A stretch of DNA of 64,000 nucleotides from Dehalococcoidia bacterium (GTDB lineage Bacteria > Chloroflexota > Dehalococcoidia > UBA2979), in assembly GCA_965262725.1 (NCBI GenBank), contig OZ253555.1, forward strand, positions 1,568,001 through 1,632,000, in the 5' to 3' direction. A program made the translations under genes and the position numbers. Position 1 is the stretch's first letter. Each line of letters begins with the position of its first letter. Below the pieces are notes generated by a model. That model did not search any database. It saw nothing but the letters and a program-made list of their open reading frames with translations, and was not told the DNA's origin. This document shows, piece by piece, positions 1 through 14,047 of the stretch.

Positions 1-682
1 CGCGCCCGGCGGGGGTCGCGGATACGAGCCGCCTGCCGGCTTCGCCGCGCAGAGCCTCCTCGTGCTCAAGTTCGACGCCCGAGAGCCCGACGCGGGCATC
101 CAGCCGATAGCCTGCATCGAGGTACCAGTCGACTTCCTCCAGCGGGAGGGGCCCGACGTGGCCGAGGATACGCCCGTACAGGTCGCCGCCGCCGTAGACG
201 CGAACCGTACGGGTCTGAATGGCGACGCCGGGGACGGCGGCGAGCGCGGCGCGCAGCCGAATCGCCTCCATCTCGCCGATGCCGCGGCGGATCGTGAGCG
301 GGGCGAACGCATCGGGCGCCTCCCGACCGCGAGCGAGCAGGACCTCCAGCTCGGCGTAGGGGATCCCGAACTCACGCTCGATCGCGCGCAGCACGCCGAT
401 CTCGACGGCGGGAGCGTCCGGAATATCGCCGGGAATCAGGACCAGCACGAGATCCGGAACATTGCGCACCAGCGTGTTGCCGTCGCGGTCGAGGATCAGC
501 CCGCGGGGTGCGTCCACGCGCTCGATGCGGAGTACGCGACCGTCGATCTGCGCGCCGAGCGGCTCCTCCTCGACCAGCTGCATGCGGGCGAGCTGGAAAA
601 GGAGCACGGTGATCACCATCAGTCCGATGATCGCGAGCAGCAGAAGACGGCCGAACGGGGGGAGGTCGGCGCGCTCGTTCAT
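1..682 (-). CDS. mrdA: Penicillin-binding protein 2 (N-terminal part, runs off window edge)
   Basis: Read manually from ATG at 682: MNERADLPPFGRLLLLAIIGLMVITVLLFQLARMQL...APRGLILDRDGNTLVRN. This gives a TM anchor plus the class B PBP RGxIxDRxG motif, directly downstream of mreD. Confidence 0.85.
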   Translation of the reverse strand, partial: MNERADLPPFGRLLLLAIIGLMVITVLLFQLARMQLVEEEPLGAQIDGRVLRIERVDAPRGLILDRDGNTLVRNVPDLVLVLIPGDIPDAPAVEIGVLRAIEREFGIPYAELEVLLARGREAPDAFAPLTIRRGIGEMEAIRLRAALAAVPGVAIQTRTVRVYGGGDLYGRILGHVGPLPLEEVDWYLDAGYRLDARVGLSGVELEHEEALRGEAGRRLVSATPAGR

Positions 683-686
683 CGGC

Positions 687-1295
687 CTAGATGAAGAGCC
701 CGCGACGCTCGCGCCGCAGCGGTCGCAGCAGCGGCGCGAGCACGGCGGCGAGCCCCGCGCTCCACACGGTGGTGGCCGCGATGCTCCTCAGGAGCTCCGG
801 GAACAGCGCGACGTCTCCCGCGGCGAGCGTGAGCAGGGCCACGTAGGCGGCGGACCCGACTGCGGCGGAGACCGCGCCGAGCGCCGCGACGGTGAGGAGA
901 GACACTCGTCCGTCGCGCAGGCCGTCGAGTTCGCCCCCCGGCCGGCTGCCGGGTGCCCGGCCGAGGCCGGCGCGCAGGGTGACCGCGGCGACGATCGTCG
1001 GAAGCAGCGCGAGCAGGAACCAGCCGACCCGCTCGCTTGACACCGCACCGAGCGCGGCGGCGGCGGCGACGGCGGCGGGAACGGTCTCGACGGGGTCGCG
1101 CGCCGATCCCCACGCGGCCACCAGCACGACCGGGAGCAGCGGGCTCGCGACCGCGAGCGGGCCGGCCGGGAACAGCGCGGCGATGAGGGAGATCTGCAGC
1201 ACGACGCACATGACGGCGACAGCCGCCGCGGCGATCGCCGCGGGGATGCTCGGGTCCGGCGCGACCCGCTCGCGATCGTTCAAGGTGGTGCTCAC
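687..1295 (-). CDS. mreD: Rod shape-determining protein MreD (hydrophobic membrane protein)
   Basis: Multi-TM 202-aa ORF between mreC and mrdA. Confidence 0.7.
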   Translation of the reverse strand: MSTTLNDRERVAPDPSIPAAIAAAAVAVMCVVLQISLIAALFPAGPLAVASPLLPVVLVAAWGSARDPVETVPAAVAAAAALGAVSSERVGWFLLALLPTIVAAVTLRAGLGRAPGSRPGGELDGLRDGRVSLLTVAALGAVSAAVGSAAYVALLTLAAGDVALFPELLRSIAATTVWSAGLAAVLAPLLRPLRRERRGLFI

Positions 1296-2167
1296 GGCGC
1301 CGCCTCCGTGGTCGACGCTTGGGCGACCGGCTCCGTCAGGATCAGGAGTTGTTCCAGCCGGTTGTAGTCGATGAGTGCTTCCACCTCGATGGTGGCGAAG
1401 AGATCGTGCGGCTTCGTGTGGATGGCGGCGATACGGCCCGCGAGCAGCCCGGCCGGGAGCCGCCCGCCGAGCGCCGACGTGATCACGGCATCTCCCACGG
1501 CGACGGGTGCTCCCGGCGGGACGAACTCGAGGCGGAGTCCGTCCGCCGTGCCGGTGAGAGCCGCGGGCGTCCGCGAGCCCTGCACGACGCTTGTCACCGC
1601 CGAGCGGATGTCGATCAGCAGCCGTACGCGTGCGCTGCGCTCCTCGACGCCGGCGATGATGCCGACGAGCGTGGCCGCCGGGCCGAGCACGGGCTGCCCG
1701 GTGTACACGCCGTGTGCTCGCCCGCGATCGATCAGCAACTCCGCTCTCGTGGGGGATGGATCTCTTGCCAGCACCGAGGCGCTCACGACGTTCGGCGCCG
1801 CGTCTGCCGTCCCCGAGGCGGCGGCGCCTTGCGAGATCAGCCCCGCCGCCTCGACCGCCGTGAGCAGTTCCTCGACCTGGACGGTGGCGGCGCGCTCCTC
1901 GCGCAGAGCGGCGACCTCGGATGAGAGCCGCGCTAGCTCGCCCTTGAGCCGGACGTTCTCGGTGGCGAGCGCCCGCAGCTCCCCGGCGGAGAGCACGAAC
2001 TCCGCGACGGGGCGCACGGCAGCGTCGACCGTGCTGGCGACGCCGCCGAGCAGCGACCCGGCCCGCGCCTCTAGCCTCCCGGCGGCGGCGAGCGTCGAAG
2101 CGGCGAGCAGCAGCAGGGCGAGCAGAAGCGTCGCCGAGATCCAGGCCGCGCCTCGCGTCCCAGCCAC
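1292..2167 (-). CDS. mreC: Rod shape-determining protein MreC
   Basis: TM anchor, coiled coil (ENVRLKGELARL), IDRGRAHGV, VGDAVITSALGG..PAGLLAG motifs. Confidence 0.9.
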   Translation of the reverse strand: MAGTRGAAWISATLLLALLLLAASTLAAAGRLEARAGSLLGGVASTVDAAVRPVAEFVLSAGELRALATENVRLKGELARLSSEVAALREERAATVQVEELLTAVEAAGLISQGAAASGTADAAPNVVSASVLARDPSPTRAELLIDRGRAHGVYTGQPVLGPAATLVGIIAGVEERSARVRLLIDIRSAVTSVVQGSRTPAALTGTADGLRLEFVPPGAPVAVGDAVITSALGGRLPAGLLAGRIAAIHTKPHDLFATIEVEALIDYNRLEQLLILTEPVAQASTTEAAP

Positions 2168-2245
2168 GTGCTCGTCTCCCCGGCCCTACGATAGCAGCCA
2201 GCGGCTGGGACCGATCCGCGACAGCGGCGAGAGTGGTTCACCGAG

Positions 2246-3306
2246 CTATCGTGGCGGCCGCCTGGTGGCGACCCCGGCCTGCACCTTCTCCAGCGTCGAC
2301 GCCTCGAGGAGCGCCTCGGCACTGCCCCGTACCACAGCACGCAGCGGGTCCTCTGCCACGTAGACGGGGAAGCGGGTCTCCGCGGCGATGCGGCGGTCGA
2401 GGCCCCTCAGCATCGATCCACCCCCGGCGAGCGCGATGCCGTGCATCATGAGGTCTGCGACCAGTTCGGGCGGGGTGACCTCGATGGTGGCGCGCACCGT
2501 GTTCACGAGCTCGTTCGTCACCGGCGAGAGCGCGTCGCGTAGCTCGACCGTTGAGATCTCGACCGCCTTCGGGAGTCCAGTCGCCAAATCGCGCCCCCGC
2601 AGCTCGACCGTCCCCTCCTCCTCGAGGGGGTAGGCGGATCCGGCCTCGATCTTCGCCGTCTCCGCGCTGCGCTCGCCGACCAGCATGTTGTGCACCTGGC
2701 GGGCGTAGGAGGTGATCGCCTGGTCCATGGCGTCGCCCGCCGCGCGTACCGAGCGCGAGACGATGATGCCGCCGAGCGCAATCACGGCGACCTCCGTGGT
2801 CCCTCCTCCGACGTCGACGATCATCGAGCCCGTCGGGCTCATCACCGGCAGCCCCGAGCCGATGGCCGCCGCCATCGGCTCCTCGATCAGGTAGGCGGAT
2901 CGCGCCCGGCCGCCAAAGCGGCGTCGTGCACGGCTCGCTTTTCGACCTCGGTCGCTCCCGAGGGGATACCGATCACGACCCGTGGCTTGGGGATGCCGAT
3001 GCCGAGACGGTCGTTCACCGAGCGGATAAAGTAATGGAGCATGCGCTCGGTGACGGCGAAATCCGAGATGACGCCGTCGCGAAGCGGCCGCACCGCCACG
3101 ATCGTCGCTGGCGTGCGCCCCACCATCCGCTTCGCCTCGTTCCCGATGGCGAGAATGCGCCTCGACCGGCGGTCAATCGCGACGACCGAGGGCTCGTCGA
3201 TGACGATCCCGCGCCCGCGCACGCTCACCAGCGTATTCGCGGTACCGAGGTCGATCCCGACGTCACGCGAGAACATCCCGAGGAAGCTGGATAGCAGGTT
3301 TATCAC
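2246..3306 (-). CDS. mreB: Rod shape-determining protein MreB, split by a single-base frameshift near 2905 (probable sequencing error)
   Basis: DLGTANT in 2887..3306; MAAAIG, DVGGGTTE and AGGGSML in 2246..2875. Adding one G to GGG at ~2905 restores AAGARSAYLIEEPMAAAIG. Confidence 0.9.
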
Positions 3307-3427
3307 GGTGGCACCGATGGCCTAAAAATGCGCGCTGAGGCGGCTCCCAAGCACAGCGAGTATAGGGCCGCCCCGGCGGCCCCGTAAAACGGTCGCCGGG
3401 AGGCCCAGGCGACCCGCCGGCCGCTGG

Positions 3428-6365
<2,938 letters not shown>

Positions 6366-6375
6366 AGAGAGGGCC

Positions 6376-7101
6376 ATGGAAGTCATACCGGCTATCGACA
6401 TCCGGGACGGGAAGTGCGTGCGTCTCTACCAGGGCGACTACGCGCAGGAGACGGTGTTCTCCGAAGACCCGGTGGGCATGGCGGTCCGCTGGGCCGGGCT
6501 GGGCGCGCGGTGGATCCACATCGTCGACCTCGACGGTGCGCGCGGCGGGCGGCAGGCGAACGCGGCGATCGTGGCGCGCATCGTGAACGGCGTGCCGGCT
6601 GCCGTGCAGACCGGAGGGGGCATCCGCGACTTGAATGCGGTGCGCGCGACGCTCGCCGCCGGTGTGAACCGGGTGGTGCTCGGAACCGCGGCGGTGAAGG
6701 CGCCAGCGCTGGTGCGCGACGCGGTGGCGGTCGCCTCGTCTCAACTCGTCGTCTCCGTCGACGCGCGCGACGGGATCGTCCAACTCGAGGGCTGGACCGA
6801 ATCTTCCGACCGCGACGCTCTCTCGCTCATCCGGCAGCTCGCCGATCTCGGCGTGCAGCGCATCGTCTACACGGACATCCAACGCGACGGCACCACGCAG
6901 GGCCCGAATTTTGAGATGTACGAGCACATCGCCTCCGAGAGCTCGGTCGCCGTGATCGCTGCTGGCGGCATCAGCTCTGTGGAGGACGTGCGCCGGCTCG
7001 CCGACTGCGGGGTGGAGGCGGCGATCATCGGGCGCGTGCTCTACACCGGCCAGGTGCGGCTCGCCGACGCGATGTCCGCCGCCGCCGCGCCGGCCGGGTA
7101 G
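6376..7101 (+). CDS. hisA: ProFAR isomerase
   Basis: IPAIDIRDGKCVRLYQGD, HIVDLDGA, GGGIR, YTDIQRDG. Confidence 0.97.
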   Translation: MEVIPAIDIRDGKCVRLYQGDYAQETVFSEDPVGMAVRWAGLGARWIHIVDLDGARGGRQANAAIVARIVNGVPAAVQTGGGIRDLNAVRATLAAGVNRVVLGTAAVKAPALVRDAVAVASSQLVVSVDARDGIVQLEGWTESSDRDALSLIRQLADLGVQRIVYTDIQRDGTTQGPNFEMYEHIASESSVAVIAAGGISSVEDVRRLADCGVEAAIIGRVLYTGQVRLADAMSAAAAPAG

Positions 7102-7113
7102 GGTGCCGGGGCC

Positions 7114-7935
7114 GTGCTGACCAAGCGGATCATCCCCTGTTTCGACGTGGACGCGGGACGCGTCGTGAAGGGCGTGTCCTTTGTCGACATCCGCGACGCC
7201 GGCGACCCGGTGGAGCTCGCTCGCGCCTACGACGAGGACGGCGCCGACGAGCTCGTCTTCCTGGACATTACCGCCTCGCACGAGGGTCGCGAGAGCACCT
7301 ATCAGATGATCGCGGAGACGGCCGATCAGGTCTTCATACCGCTGACTGTCGGGGGTGGGGTGCGCACACCCGGCGACATGCGCCGCATGCTCGAGCACGG
7401 CGCCGACAAGGTCGGCGTGAACACGGCGGCGGTGGAGCGTCCCGAGCTGATTGAGGAGGGCGCTCGTCGCTTTGGCTCGCAGTGCATCGTGGTCTCGATC
7501 GACGCCAAGCGGATCCCGTCCCCCGGTGGTCCGCCGCGCTGGCGGGTCTACACCCACGGCGGGCGGCGCGAGACGGAGCGCGATGCGATCGAGTGGGCCC
7601 GCGAGGCCACGGAGCGCGGCTCCGGCGAGCTCCTGGTCACGTCGATGGACAGCGATGGGCACCAGGAGGGCTACGATCTCGAGCTGCTCCGGCAGGTCGC
7701 CGGGGCCGTCGAGGTCCCGGTGATCGCCTCGGGAGGGGCGGGAGAGCCGGAGCACCTCTACCGCGCGCTGACGGAGGGTCGTGCGGACGCGGTCCTCGCG
7801 GCCTCGATCTTTCACTTCGGGCACTACGACATCGCTACGCTGAAGCGCTTCCTCGCCGATCGCGGCGTGGCAGTGCGTCCAATCGGCGAGGATCTCGCCG
7901 CGACGGCGACGGAGGTCCCCGATGCCCGACCCTGA
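7114..7935 (+). CDS. hisF: Imidazole glycerol phosphate synthase, cyclase subunit
   Basis: [34 protein letters not shown]. Confidence 0.97.
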   Translation: MLTKRIIPCFDVDAGRVVKGVSFVDIRDAGDPVELARAYDEDGADELVFLDITASHEGRESTYQMIAETADQVFIPLTVGGGVRTPGDMRRMLEHGADKVGVNTAAVERPELIEEGARRFGSQCIVVSIDAKRIPSPGGPPRWRVYTHGGRRETERDAIEWAREATERGSGELLVTSMDSDGHQEGYDLELLRQVAGAVEVPVIASGGAGEPEHLYRALTEGRADAVLAASIFHFGHYDIATLKRFLADRGVAVRPIGEDLAATATEVPDARP

Positions 7936-8305
7936 CGAGCTGCGCTACGACGGGCAGGGACTGATCCCGGCGATCCTCCAGGACGCGGCGTCGGGTGAGG
8001 TGCTGATGCTCGGCTACATGAACCGAGAGACGGTGCGCCGCACGCTCGAGATCGGGCAGGCTGTCTTCTGGTCGCGTAGCCGGCAGGAGGTCTGGCACAA
8101 GGGCGCCACCTCCGGTGACTACGTGCGCGTGCTCTCGGTCGCCACCGACTGCGATGCCGACGCGCTGGTGCTCCAGGTGGAGCCCCTCGGGGGCGCGGTC
8201 TGCCACACCGGCGCCCGCTCCTGCTTCATCGAGGCGGGTGCCGGGGGCGACCCGCGGCCGGTGGTGCTCGGCGGCCCCGTGTCCCCGGCCGACGATCCGG
8301 AGTGA
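7922..8305 (+). CDS. hisI: Phosphoribosyl-AMP cyclohydrolase
   Basis: [32 protein letters not shown]. Confidence 0.95.
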   Translation: MPDPDELRYDGQGLIPAILQDAASGEVLMLGYMNRETVRRTLEIGQAVFWSRSRQEVWHKGATSGDYVRVLSVATDCDADALVLQVEPLGGAVCHTGARSCFIEAGAGGDPRPVVLGGPVSPADDPE

Positions 8306-8402
8306 TCGACGAGGCCGCTGAGCCAGTCCGGAGGCGTTCTCGCAACACGCCGGCCGTGCGGCCAGATCGCGGGCCATCGTCGAGCCGGGATCGCTCCCCG
8401 GT

Positions 8403-9362
8403 CTACGGACCCGCGGCGGTTTCCACGCCCGCCTCTTCGGCGCGCGCACGCTCGAGTGCGGCCACCGCGACCTGGATCTGCTCGTCGTCCGGCGCGCGCG
8501 TCGTCAGGCGCTGGAGCGCGAGATTCCCCCAGAACGCCCACCGTACGAGGGGCGCCTGCGGCTGCGCCCCGGCGAAGCGAATCGCCTCGTAGGCGATCGC
8601 GGCGACGATCGGGATCAGCGCGACGCGCGATGCCAGCCACCAGGGGAGGGGCGGCGCACCGAGCGGAAGGAAGATCAGGCCCGCGACGACCGCCACGGCG
8701 AGCATGAACGAGGTCCCGCAGCGGGGATGCTCGCGCGGCTCGCGCCGGATTGCGGGGACCGTGAGATCGCGCCCGTGCTCGAGCGCCGCGATCGCCATGT
8801 GCTCGGCGGCGTGGTACTCGAAGAGCCTGCGCACGTCCGCCGCACGTCCGATCGCCCACACGTACCCGACGACGATCGCCACGCGCAGCAGCGCCTCGGC
8901 CGCGACGGCGAGCCACGGCGCTGGAAGCCGCGTGGCGAGCCACGCGGTCATCACGACCGGGAGCAGGAACACAATGATGGTAGCGACGAGCAGCGGGGCG
9001 AGCGCGCTCGCCCAGGCGCGCGCCCCGATCCGACCGAGGTCGTCCTCGTCGCGGAGGCTCCCGTCGGCGATAGCGCTCGACCAGGAGAGGGCGCGCGCGC
9101 CGAGCGCGATCGTCTCCCCCAGCGCCAGCATCCCGCGGAGCATGGGGACCCGCCGCTGGGGCCCGGTGAGAAGGCCCCCGAGGCGTCGGGCGTGGACGGC
9201 GATGCTCCCGTCGGGGCGGCGTACGGCCACCGCCATCGCGTGGGGGCCGCGGATCATCACGCCCTCGATCACTGCCTGCCCGCCGTAGGAGATCGGCGGG
9301 GTCGGGGCGCCCGGGCCCGGAGCGCGGATCACGCGGTCGCGGGGGGCGTCCGCGCGCGGCAC
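8403..9362 (-). CDS. DUF1385 family membrane protein (start approximate)
   Basis: GGQAVIEGVM, FEYHAAEH, HPRCGTSF, LQRLTTRAPD; usual position downstream of rpmE. Confidence 0.88.
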   Translation of the reverse strand: MPRADAPRDRVIRAPGPGAPTPPISYGGQAVIEGVMIRGPHAMAVAVRRPDGSIAVHARRLGGLLTGPQRRVPMLRGMLALGETIALGARALSWSSAIADGSLRDEDDLGRIGARAWASALAPLLVATIIVFLLPVVMTAWLATRLPAPWLAVAAEALLRVAIVVGYVWAIGRAADVRRLFEYHAAEHMAIAALEHGRDLTVPAIRREPREHPRCGTSFMLAVAVVAGLIFLPLGAPPLPWWLASRVALIPIVAAIAYEAIRFAGAQPQAPLVRWAFWGNLALQRLTTRAPDDEQIQVAVAALERARAEEAGVETAAGP

Positions 9363-9372
9363 CGCGCCGACG

Positions 9373-9636
9373 CTAGGGACCCTGGCCCTCGCTCGCCGGC
9401 AGGCCGTCGCCGTCCGCGCCGGGCTGCGCCGCTTCCGACGCGCGCGCGTAGCGGCGCCGGAAGCGCTCGACGCGGCCCGCCGTGTCGACGATGCGCTGCT
9501 CACCCGTGAAGTACGGGTGGCAGGCCGAGCAGACGTCCACGTGGATCTGCGACTTGGTTGATCGCGTGTCCCAGCTGTTCCCGCAGGCGCAGGTGATGGT
9601 CGTCTCGACGTAGTCGGGGTGTATCGTCGCCTTCAT
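9373..9636 (-). CDS. rpmE: 50S ribosomal protein L31
   Basis: MKATIHPDY...CACGN...[13 protein letters not shown]...DTAGRVERF. Confidence 0.95.
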   Translation of the reverse strand: MKATIHPDYVETTITCACGNSWDTRSTKSQIHVDVCSACHPYFTGEQRIVDTAGRVERFRRRYARASEAAQPGADGDGLPASEGQGP

Positions 9637-9682
9637 GGCGCTCCTGTCCCGTGCGGGGCCGCGCGAGCCCTGTCGCGGCCTT

Positions 9683-9946
9683 CTACTCCCCGGCGGGGAG
9701 AATCGACACCTGCTTGCGCCGGCCCTTCGCGTACGGCGCGAACTTGACGGCGCCATCGACGCGTGCCCAGAGCGTGTGGTCACGGCCCACGCCGACGTTG
9801 GTACCGGCATGGATGCGGGTCCCGCGCTGCCTGACGAGAATCGACCCGGCCGTGACCACCTGGCCGTCGTAGCGCTTCACGCCGAGGCGCTGGGCGTTGG
9901 AATCACGACCGTTGCGGCTGGATCCACCGGACTTCTTGTGAGCCAT
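9683..9946 (-). CDS. rpmA: 50S ribosomal protein L27
   Basis: [24 protein letters not shown]. Confidence 0.98.
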   Translation of the reverse strand: MAHKKSGGSSRNGRDSNAQRLGVKRYDGQVVTAGSILVRQRGTRIHAGTNVGVGRDHTLWARVDGAVKFAPYAKGRRKQVSILPAGE

Positions 9947-9980
9947 TCCCGCCGTCTCCCTCTCAGCCGCCCGCGGCTCG

Positions 9981-10310
9981 CTACTCGCCCGGGATGATCG
10001 CGGTGACCGAGATCCTCGTGCGGTACTGCCGGTGGCCGCGCCGCGTGCGCTGCCTCGTCTTGTTCTTGTACTTCAGCATATGCTGACGGCGCCCGCGGTC
10101 CTGCATCTCGACGCGAGCGGTGACAGTCGCGCCCGGGACGAGCGGATCGCCGACAGCGATCTCCTCGTCTCCCTCCGTCTCGCGCCCGATAAGCAGCACG
10201 TCGCTCAGGGTCACCTCGTCGCCGATCTCGGCGTCGAGGCGCTCGATATCGATGCGGTCGCCCTCGCGCACGCGGTACTGCTTGCCGCCCGTGCGGACGA
10301 TCGCGAACAT
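9981..10310 (-). CDS. rplU: 50S ribosomal protein L21
   Basis: [14 protein letters not shown]...GHRQYRT. Confidence 0.97.
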   Translation of the reverse strand: MFAIVRTGGKQYRVREGDRIDIERLDAEIGDEVTLSDVLLIGRETEGDEEIAVGDPLVPGATVTARVEMQDRGRRQHMLKYKNKTRQRTRRGHRQYRTRISVTAIIPGE

Positions 10311-10434
10311 AGGACCCCCTGCGATGCGTGGTGCGATCCGAGTCTAGGCAGGGCCTGAGGCGCGGTCAATCGAGCACCACGGTGGTGGGGGCGGCCCGAC
10401 CGGATCGAGCCGCGCACGGGTAACGAGGCGCCTT

Positions 10435-11163
10435 CTGGATACTGTATTCGATGTCCTCACCGCGCCACTCGATGCGCTCAACTGGCTCACCGATCAGATC
10501 TTCCTGTTCCTGCACGGCCTCTTCGAGCGCTTCGGCACGCCGATCGTCTTCCTCGCCGCGCTCGCCGAGGCGACCGTCGGCGTGGGGCTCGTCTTCCCGG
10601 GCGTGGTACTGCTCTTTCTCGGGGGCGCCTTCGCCGGCAGCGACGGTCCGACGCTCGCGCTGGTGCTGGCCTTCGGCATCGCCGGCACGGTGCTCGGCGA
10701 CGTGCTCTCCTACGTCCTCGGGCGCTACGGGATCGGGCGGCTCGCCTCCGCCCGCCTCGCCCCCGTCATCCGCCTCGGCGAGGTGGTGATGTCAGGGCGC
10801 ACGCGCTGGCTCATCCCGTTCTATCACCTCCACAGCGCGACGCGGGCAGTGGGCCCCTTCGGCTCGGGCGTGATCCGGTTGCCGTGGCACTTCTGGCTGC
10901 CTCTGGACGTCGCGGGCGCGGTGATCGCGAACTCCGTCTGGATCGGGTCCGGCGCGTTGCTCGGGCGTGCGGTTCTCACCGACGACGGCCGGCTCGAGCA
11001 GCATCCCGTGCTGCGCATTGGCCTGCTGGTCGTTGCGGTGACGTGGCTACTGCTGATGCGGCGCGTCGTCGGCCGGAAGGTCCACGAGCTCCGTGCGAGC
11101 CAGCCCCTGCGATCGGGCGAGAGCGATGCCATCCCCCTGGACGCGGGGGACCGGCAATCATGA
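10435..11163 (+). CDS. DedA/VTT family membrane protein (frame is open upstream of 10582; possible CTG start at 10435)
   Basis: LAEATVGVGLVFPG, GTVLGDVLSYVLGRYG DedA-like motifs. Confidence 0.8.
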   Translation: MDTVFDVLTAPLDALNWLTDQIFLFLHGLFERFGTPIVFLAALAEATVGVGLVFPGVVLLFLGGAFAGSDGPTLALVLAFGIAGTVLGDVLSYVLGRYGIGRLASARLAPVIRLGEVVMSGRTRWLIPFYHLHSATRAVGPFGSGVIRLPWHFWLPLDVAGAVIANSVWIGSGALLGRAVLTDDGRLEQHPVLRIGLLVVAVTWLLLMRRVVGRKVHELRASQPLRSGESDAIPLDAGDRQS

Positions 11164-11542
11164 CCGGGGCGCGGACGGACCGCAGGTAACGGCATCACGC
11201 CGCCAGGCGACCGCGACGGTCATCGGGGCGGATTCGCAGCGGCGCCTGGCATTGCGGTCCTGCGCGCGGGCCGGCGCTGTCGGCACGGCCTCGAGCACGA
11301 CGACGCCGAGGACCAGAGCGCCGGCCCCCACAGCCGATCCGCGATCGTCCCGATGACCTGCTGGGCAGGACGCCGAACGAGCGCGTCTCGCGGGTCAGGG
11401 TGCGGGCGATGTCGGCCGCGTGGCGCCATGGTCGCCGGAAGGGAGCTCGTCGTCGCGATCTCGGTGTGGCGGCACGCCACGCCGGATGGCGTGGCTGGTG
11501 GACGACGGCCCCAGGGCCTGCGCGCGGCTGCGGGAACGACGG

Positions 11543-13531
11543 CTAGTCGGCGGCAGGCGGCGCGGCGGCGCTCGATTGGCCCCATGCGAGCCCGGGCCGG
11601 CCCTGGGGACGCTCCGGACCGTCGGCCGGAGAGCCGTCTGCGCCGGCCGTGCTGCCCCGCGGGGAGTCGCGCCCCGGGGGCGCCTCGTCGGCCGGGGGAA
11701 CGTCCCGGTTCTCGGCCGGGCCGAGCAGCCGCGTCAGCGTGTCGCCCTCGATCGTCTCTTCCTCGACGAGGGCCGCGGCGAGCTCATCGAGCTTGTCGCG
11801 GTGCGCGCGCAGCACGTCGTGGCAGCGCTCGCGGGCGCGCTCCACGATGCGGCTCACCTCGTCGTCGATCTCCTCGGCAGTGCGCTCGGAGTAGTCGCGC
11901 TGCTCGGCGATGTCGCGGCCGAGGAAGATCATGGAGTCGCGCCGGCCGAAGGTGCGCGGCCCGAGGCGCTCGCTCATTCCCCACTGCGTCACCATCTCGC
12001 GGGCGATATGCGTCACCTTGCCGATGTCGTCGTGCGCGCCGGTGGTGGGGTGTCCGAAGACGATTTCCTCGGCCGCGTGCCCGCCCAGCGCCTGCGCCAT
12101 CATCGCGTCGTAGTAGCGGCGGTCGTGCAGCCGCCGGTCGTCCTTGGGGATGGAACGGGTGAAGCCGCCGGCCATCCCGCGCGCCACGATCGTGACCTTG
12201 TAGACGGGGTCGGCCTCCGGCATGAAGTGGGCGGCCACCGTGTGCCCCGCCTCGTGGTAGGCGATGATCTGCTTCTCCTCCGGCGTGATCACGCGTGACT
12301 TGCGCTCGGGGCCGGCGATCACGCGGTCGACCGCCTCGTTCATCTCGTCCATGCCCAAACGCTTCTTGTTGCGCCGGGCCGCGAGGATCGCTGCCTCATT
12401 CACGAGGTTCGCGAGGTCGGCGCCGGAGAAGCCCGGCGTCTGCTTTGCGACGACATCGAGCGAGACCACCGACTCCAGGGGCTTTCCGCGCACGTGCACA
12501 TCGAGCACCGCACGCCGTCCTCGGACGTCCGGCAGGTCCAGCGTGACCTGCCGGTCGAACCGGCCCGGGCGCAAGAGCGCCGGGTCGAGGATGTCGGGGC
12601 GGTTCGTCGCAGCGACGACGATGACGTTGGCGTTGGAGTCGAAGCCGTCCATCTCGACGAGGATCTGGTTTAGCGTCTGCTCGCGCTCGTCGTGCGATCC
12701 GCCGAGACCCGCGCCCCGCTGACGGCCGACGGCGTCGATCTCGTCAACGAAGACAATCGCTGGCGCGTTGCGCTTCGCCTGCTCGAAGAGGTCGCGCACC
12801 CGGCTGGCGCCGACGCCGACGAACATCTCGACGAACTCGGAGCCCGAGATCGAGAAGAAGGGGACGCCGGCCTCGCCGGCGACCGCCCGCGCCAGGAGCG
12901 TCTTCCCGGTGCCGGGCGCGCCGACGAGCAGCACGCCGTGCGGGATGCGGGCCCCGAGCGCGGCGAACTTCTCCGGGTACTTGAGGAATTCGACGATTTC
13001 GGCGAGTTCGATCTTCGCCTCCTCCTGCCCGGCGACGTCGAGGAATGTCACCGTGGAGCTCTCGCTGGAGAAGACCCGCGCCTTGCTCTTGCCGAAGGAC
13101 ATGGCCTGCGAGTTCGAGCCCTGCGCCTGGCGCATCATGAAGATGAGGATGGCGCCGAAGATGATCAGCGGGAGGAAGTTGAAGAGCAGCCCGAAGACGT
13201 TACCGAACTGGCCCGGGCCATTGACAGTGACCTCGACGGCGCCCTCGCCGGCGCCGACGGGGATGCCGTTGTCCCGGAGCAACTCCTCGATCGAGCTGGA
13301 GTTCTCCTTGCGCGAGCGGACCGGCTCCTGCTCGCTGCGGAGCTCGACGAGCAGGCTGTCACCGGTGACCTCGATGCGCTCGACGTTGCCGGCCTGGGCC
13401 TGGCCGATCACCTCCGAGAGGGCGACCTCTCGCGAGCCGCTCTCCGGGCGGAAGAGCATCACCACGGCGAGCACGATCGCGACGAGGATGAGCAGGTAGA
13501 TGAAGGAGTTGCGGACCCAGCGTGAACTCAT
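11543..13531 (-). CDS. ftsH: ATP-dependent zinc metalloprotease FtsH
   Basis: Two TMs, Walker [37 protein letters not shown] zinc motif. Confidence 0.98.
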   Translation of the reverse strand: MSSRWVRNSFIYLLILVAIVLAVVMLFRPESGSREVALSEVIGQAQAGNVERIEVTGDSLLVELRSEQEPVRSRKENSSSIEELLRDNGIPVGAGEGAVEVTVNGPGQFGNVFGLLFNFLPLIIFGAILIFMMRQAQGSNSQAMSFGKSKARVFSSESSTVTFLDVAGQEEAKIELAEIVEFLKYPEKFAALGARIPHGVLLVGAPGTGKTLLARAVAGEAGVPFFSISGSEFVEMFVGVGASRVRDLFEQAKRNAPAIVFVDEIDAVGRQRGAGLGGSHDEREQTLNQILVEMDGFDSNANVIVVAATNRPDILDPALLRPGRFDRQVTLDLPDVRGRRAVLDVHVRGKPLESVVSLDVVAKQTPGFSGADLANLVNEAAILAARRNKKRLGMDEMNEAVDRVIAGPERKSRVITPEEKQIIAYHEAGHTVAAHFMPEADPVYKVTIVARGMAGGFTRSIPKDDRRLHDRRYYDAMMAQALGGHAAEEIVFGHPTTGAHDDIGKVTHIAREMVTQWGMSERLGPRTFGRRDSMIFLGRDIAEQRDYSERTAEEIDDEVSRIVERARERCHDVLRAHRDKLDELAAALVEEETIEGDTLTRLLGPAENRDVPPADEAPPGRDSPRGSTAGADGSPADGPERPQGRPGLAWGQSSAAAPPAAD

Positions 13532-13736
13532 GAGATCCCCGGAGTCCCCTCCGCCGTGGCCCGCTGGTCTGACGTCCGCCCGCGCCGATGGGGCATCGCC
13601 GAGCCCAGCCGGGGCGCCCGCGAATGCCCCATCGTATCCAGTCTAGCATCCGCGTCGCGGCGGCCGCCCCACTCACGGCGCGCCCGGAAGTGTGGCATCG
13701 CCTCGGCGCTCCGAGCGGCTCGGCGCCGCAAGCTGG

Positions 13737-13943
13737 CTACTCCTCGTCGTCCTCGTCGTCCTGGTCCACGTAGAGTCTTCCGTCCCACGCCCAGTCCTCC
13801 ACCGAGTACTCGCTGAAGAGCACGTGCGTCTGCTCCGGCCGCGTGTGCGCGATGTTGCAGACGGCGTCGGTGATCACGCGCACGAGCTCGCGCTTCTGCG
13901 CGAGCGTGCGACCCGGCAGCATCTCGATGCGGACGATCGGCAT
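13737..13943 (-). CDS. 4-oxalocrotonate tautomerase family protein
   Basis: Catalytic N-terminal Pro (MPIVRIEMLPGRTLAQKRELV); GGAGG RBS. Confidence 0.9.
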   Translation of the reverse strand: MPIVRIEMLPGRTLAQKRELVRVITDAVCNIAHTRPEQTHVLFSEYSVEDWAWDGRLYVDQDDEDDEE

Positions 13944-14047
13944 CACGTCACCTCCCTCGTCCCGACGCCGCGATCGTGCGTCCCCGCGCCGGGGTGTGCA
14001 ACAACTGCTCGATTGCCTGAGCGGATTCGCTTCGCATAGGATGCCGC

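Noticed and set aside
2887-3306. Programmed frameshift or two-gene mreB
   Set aside because: There is no slippery heptamer; a single missing G in a homopolymer explains it.
11165-11540. Possible gene or ncRNA between dedA and ftsH
   Set aside because: No convincing ORF, RBS or recognisable RNA structure.
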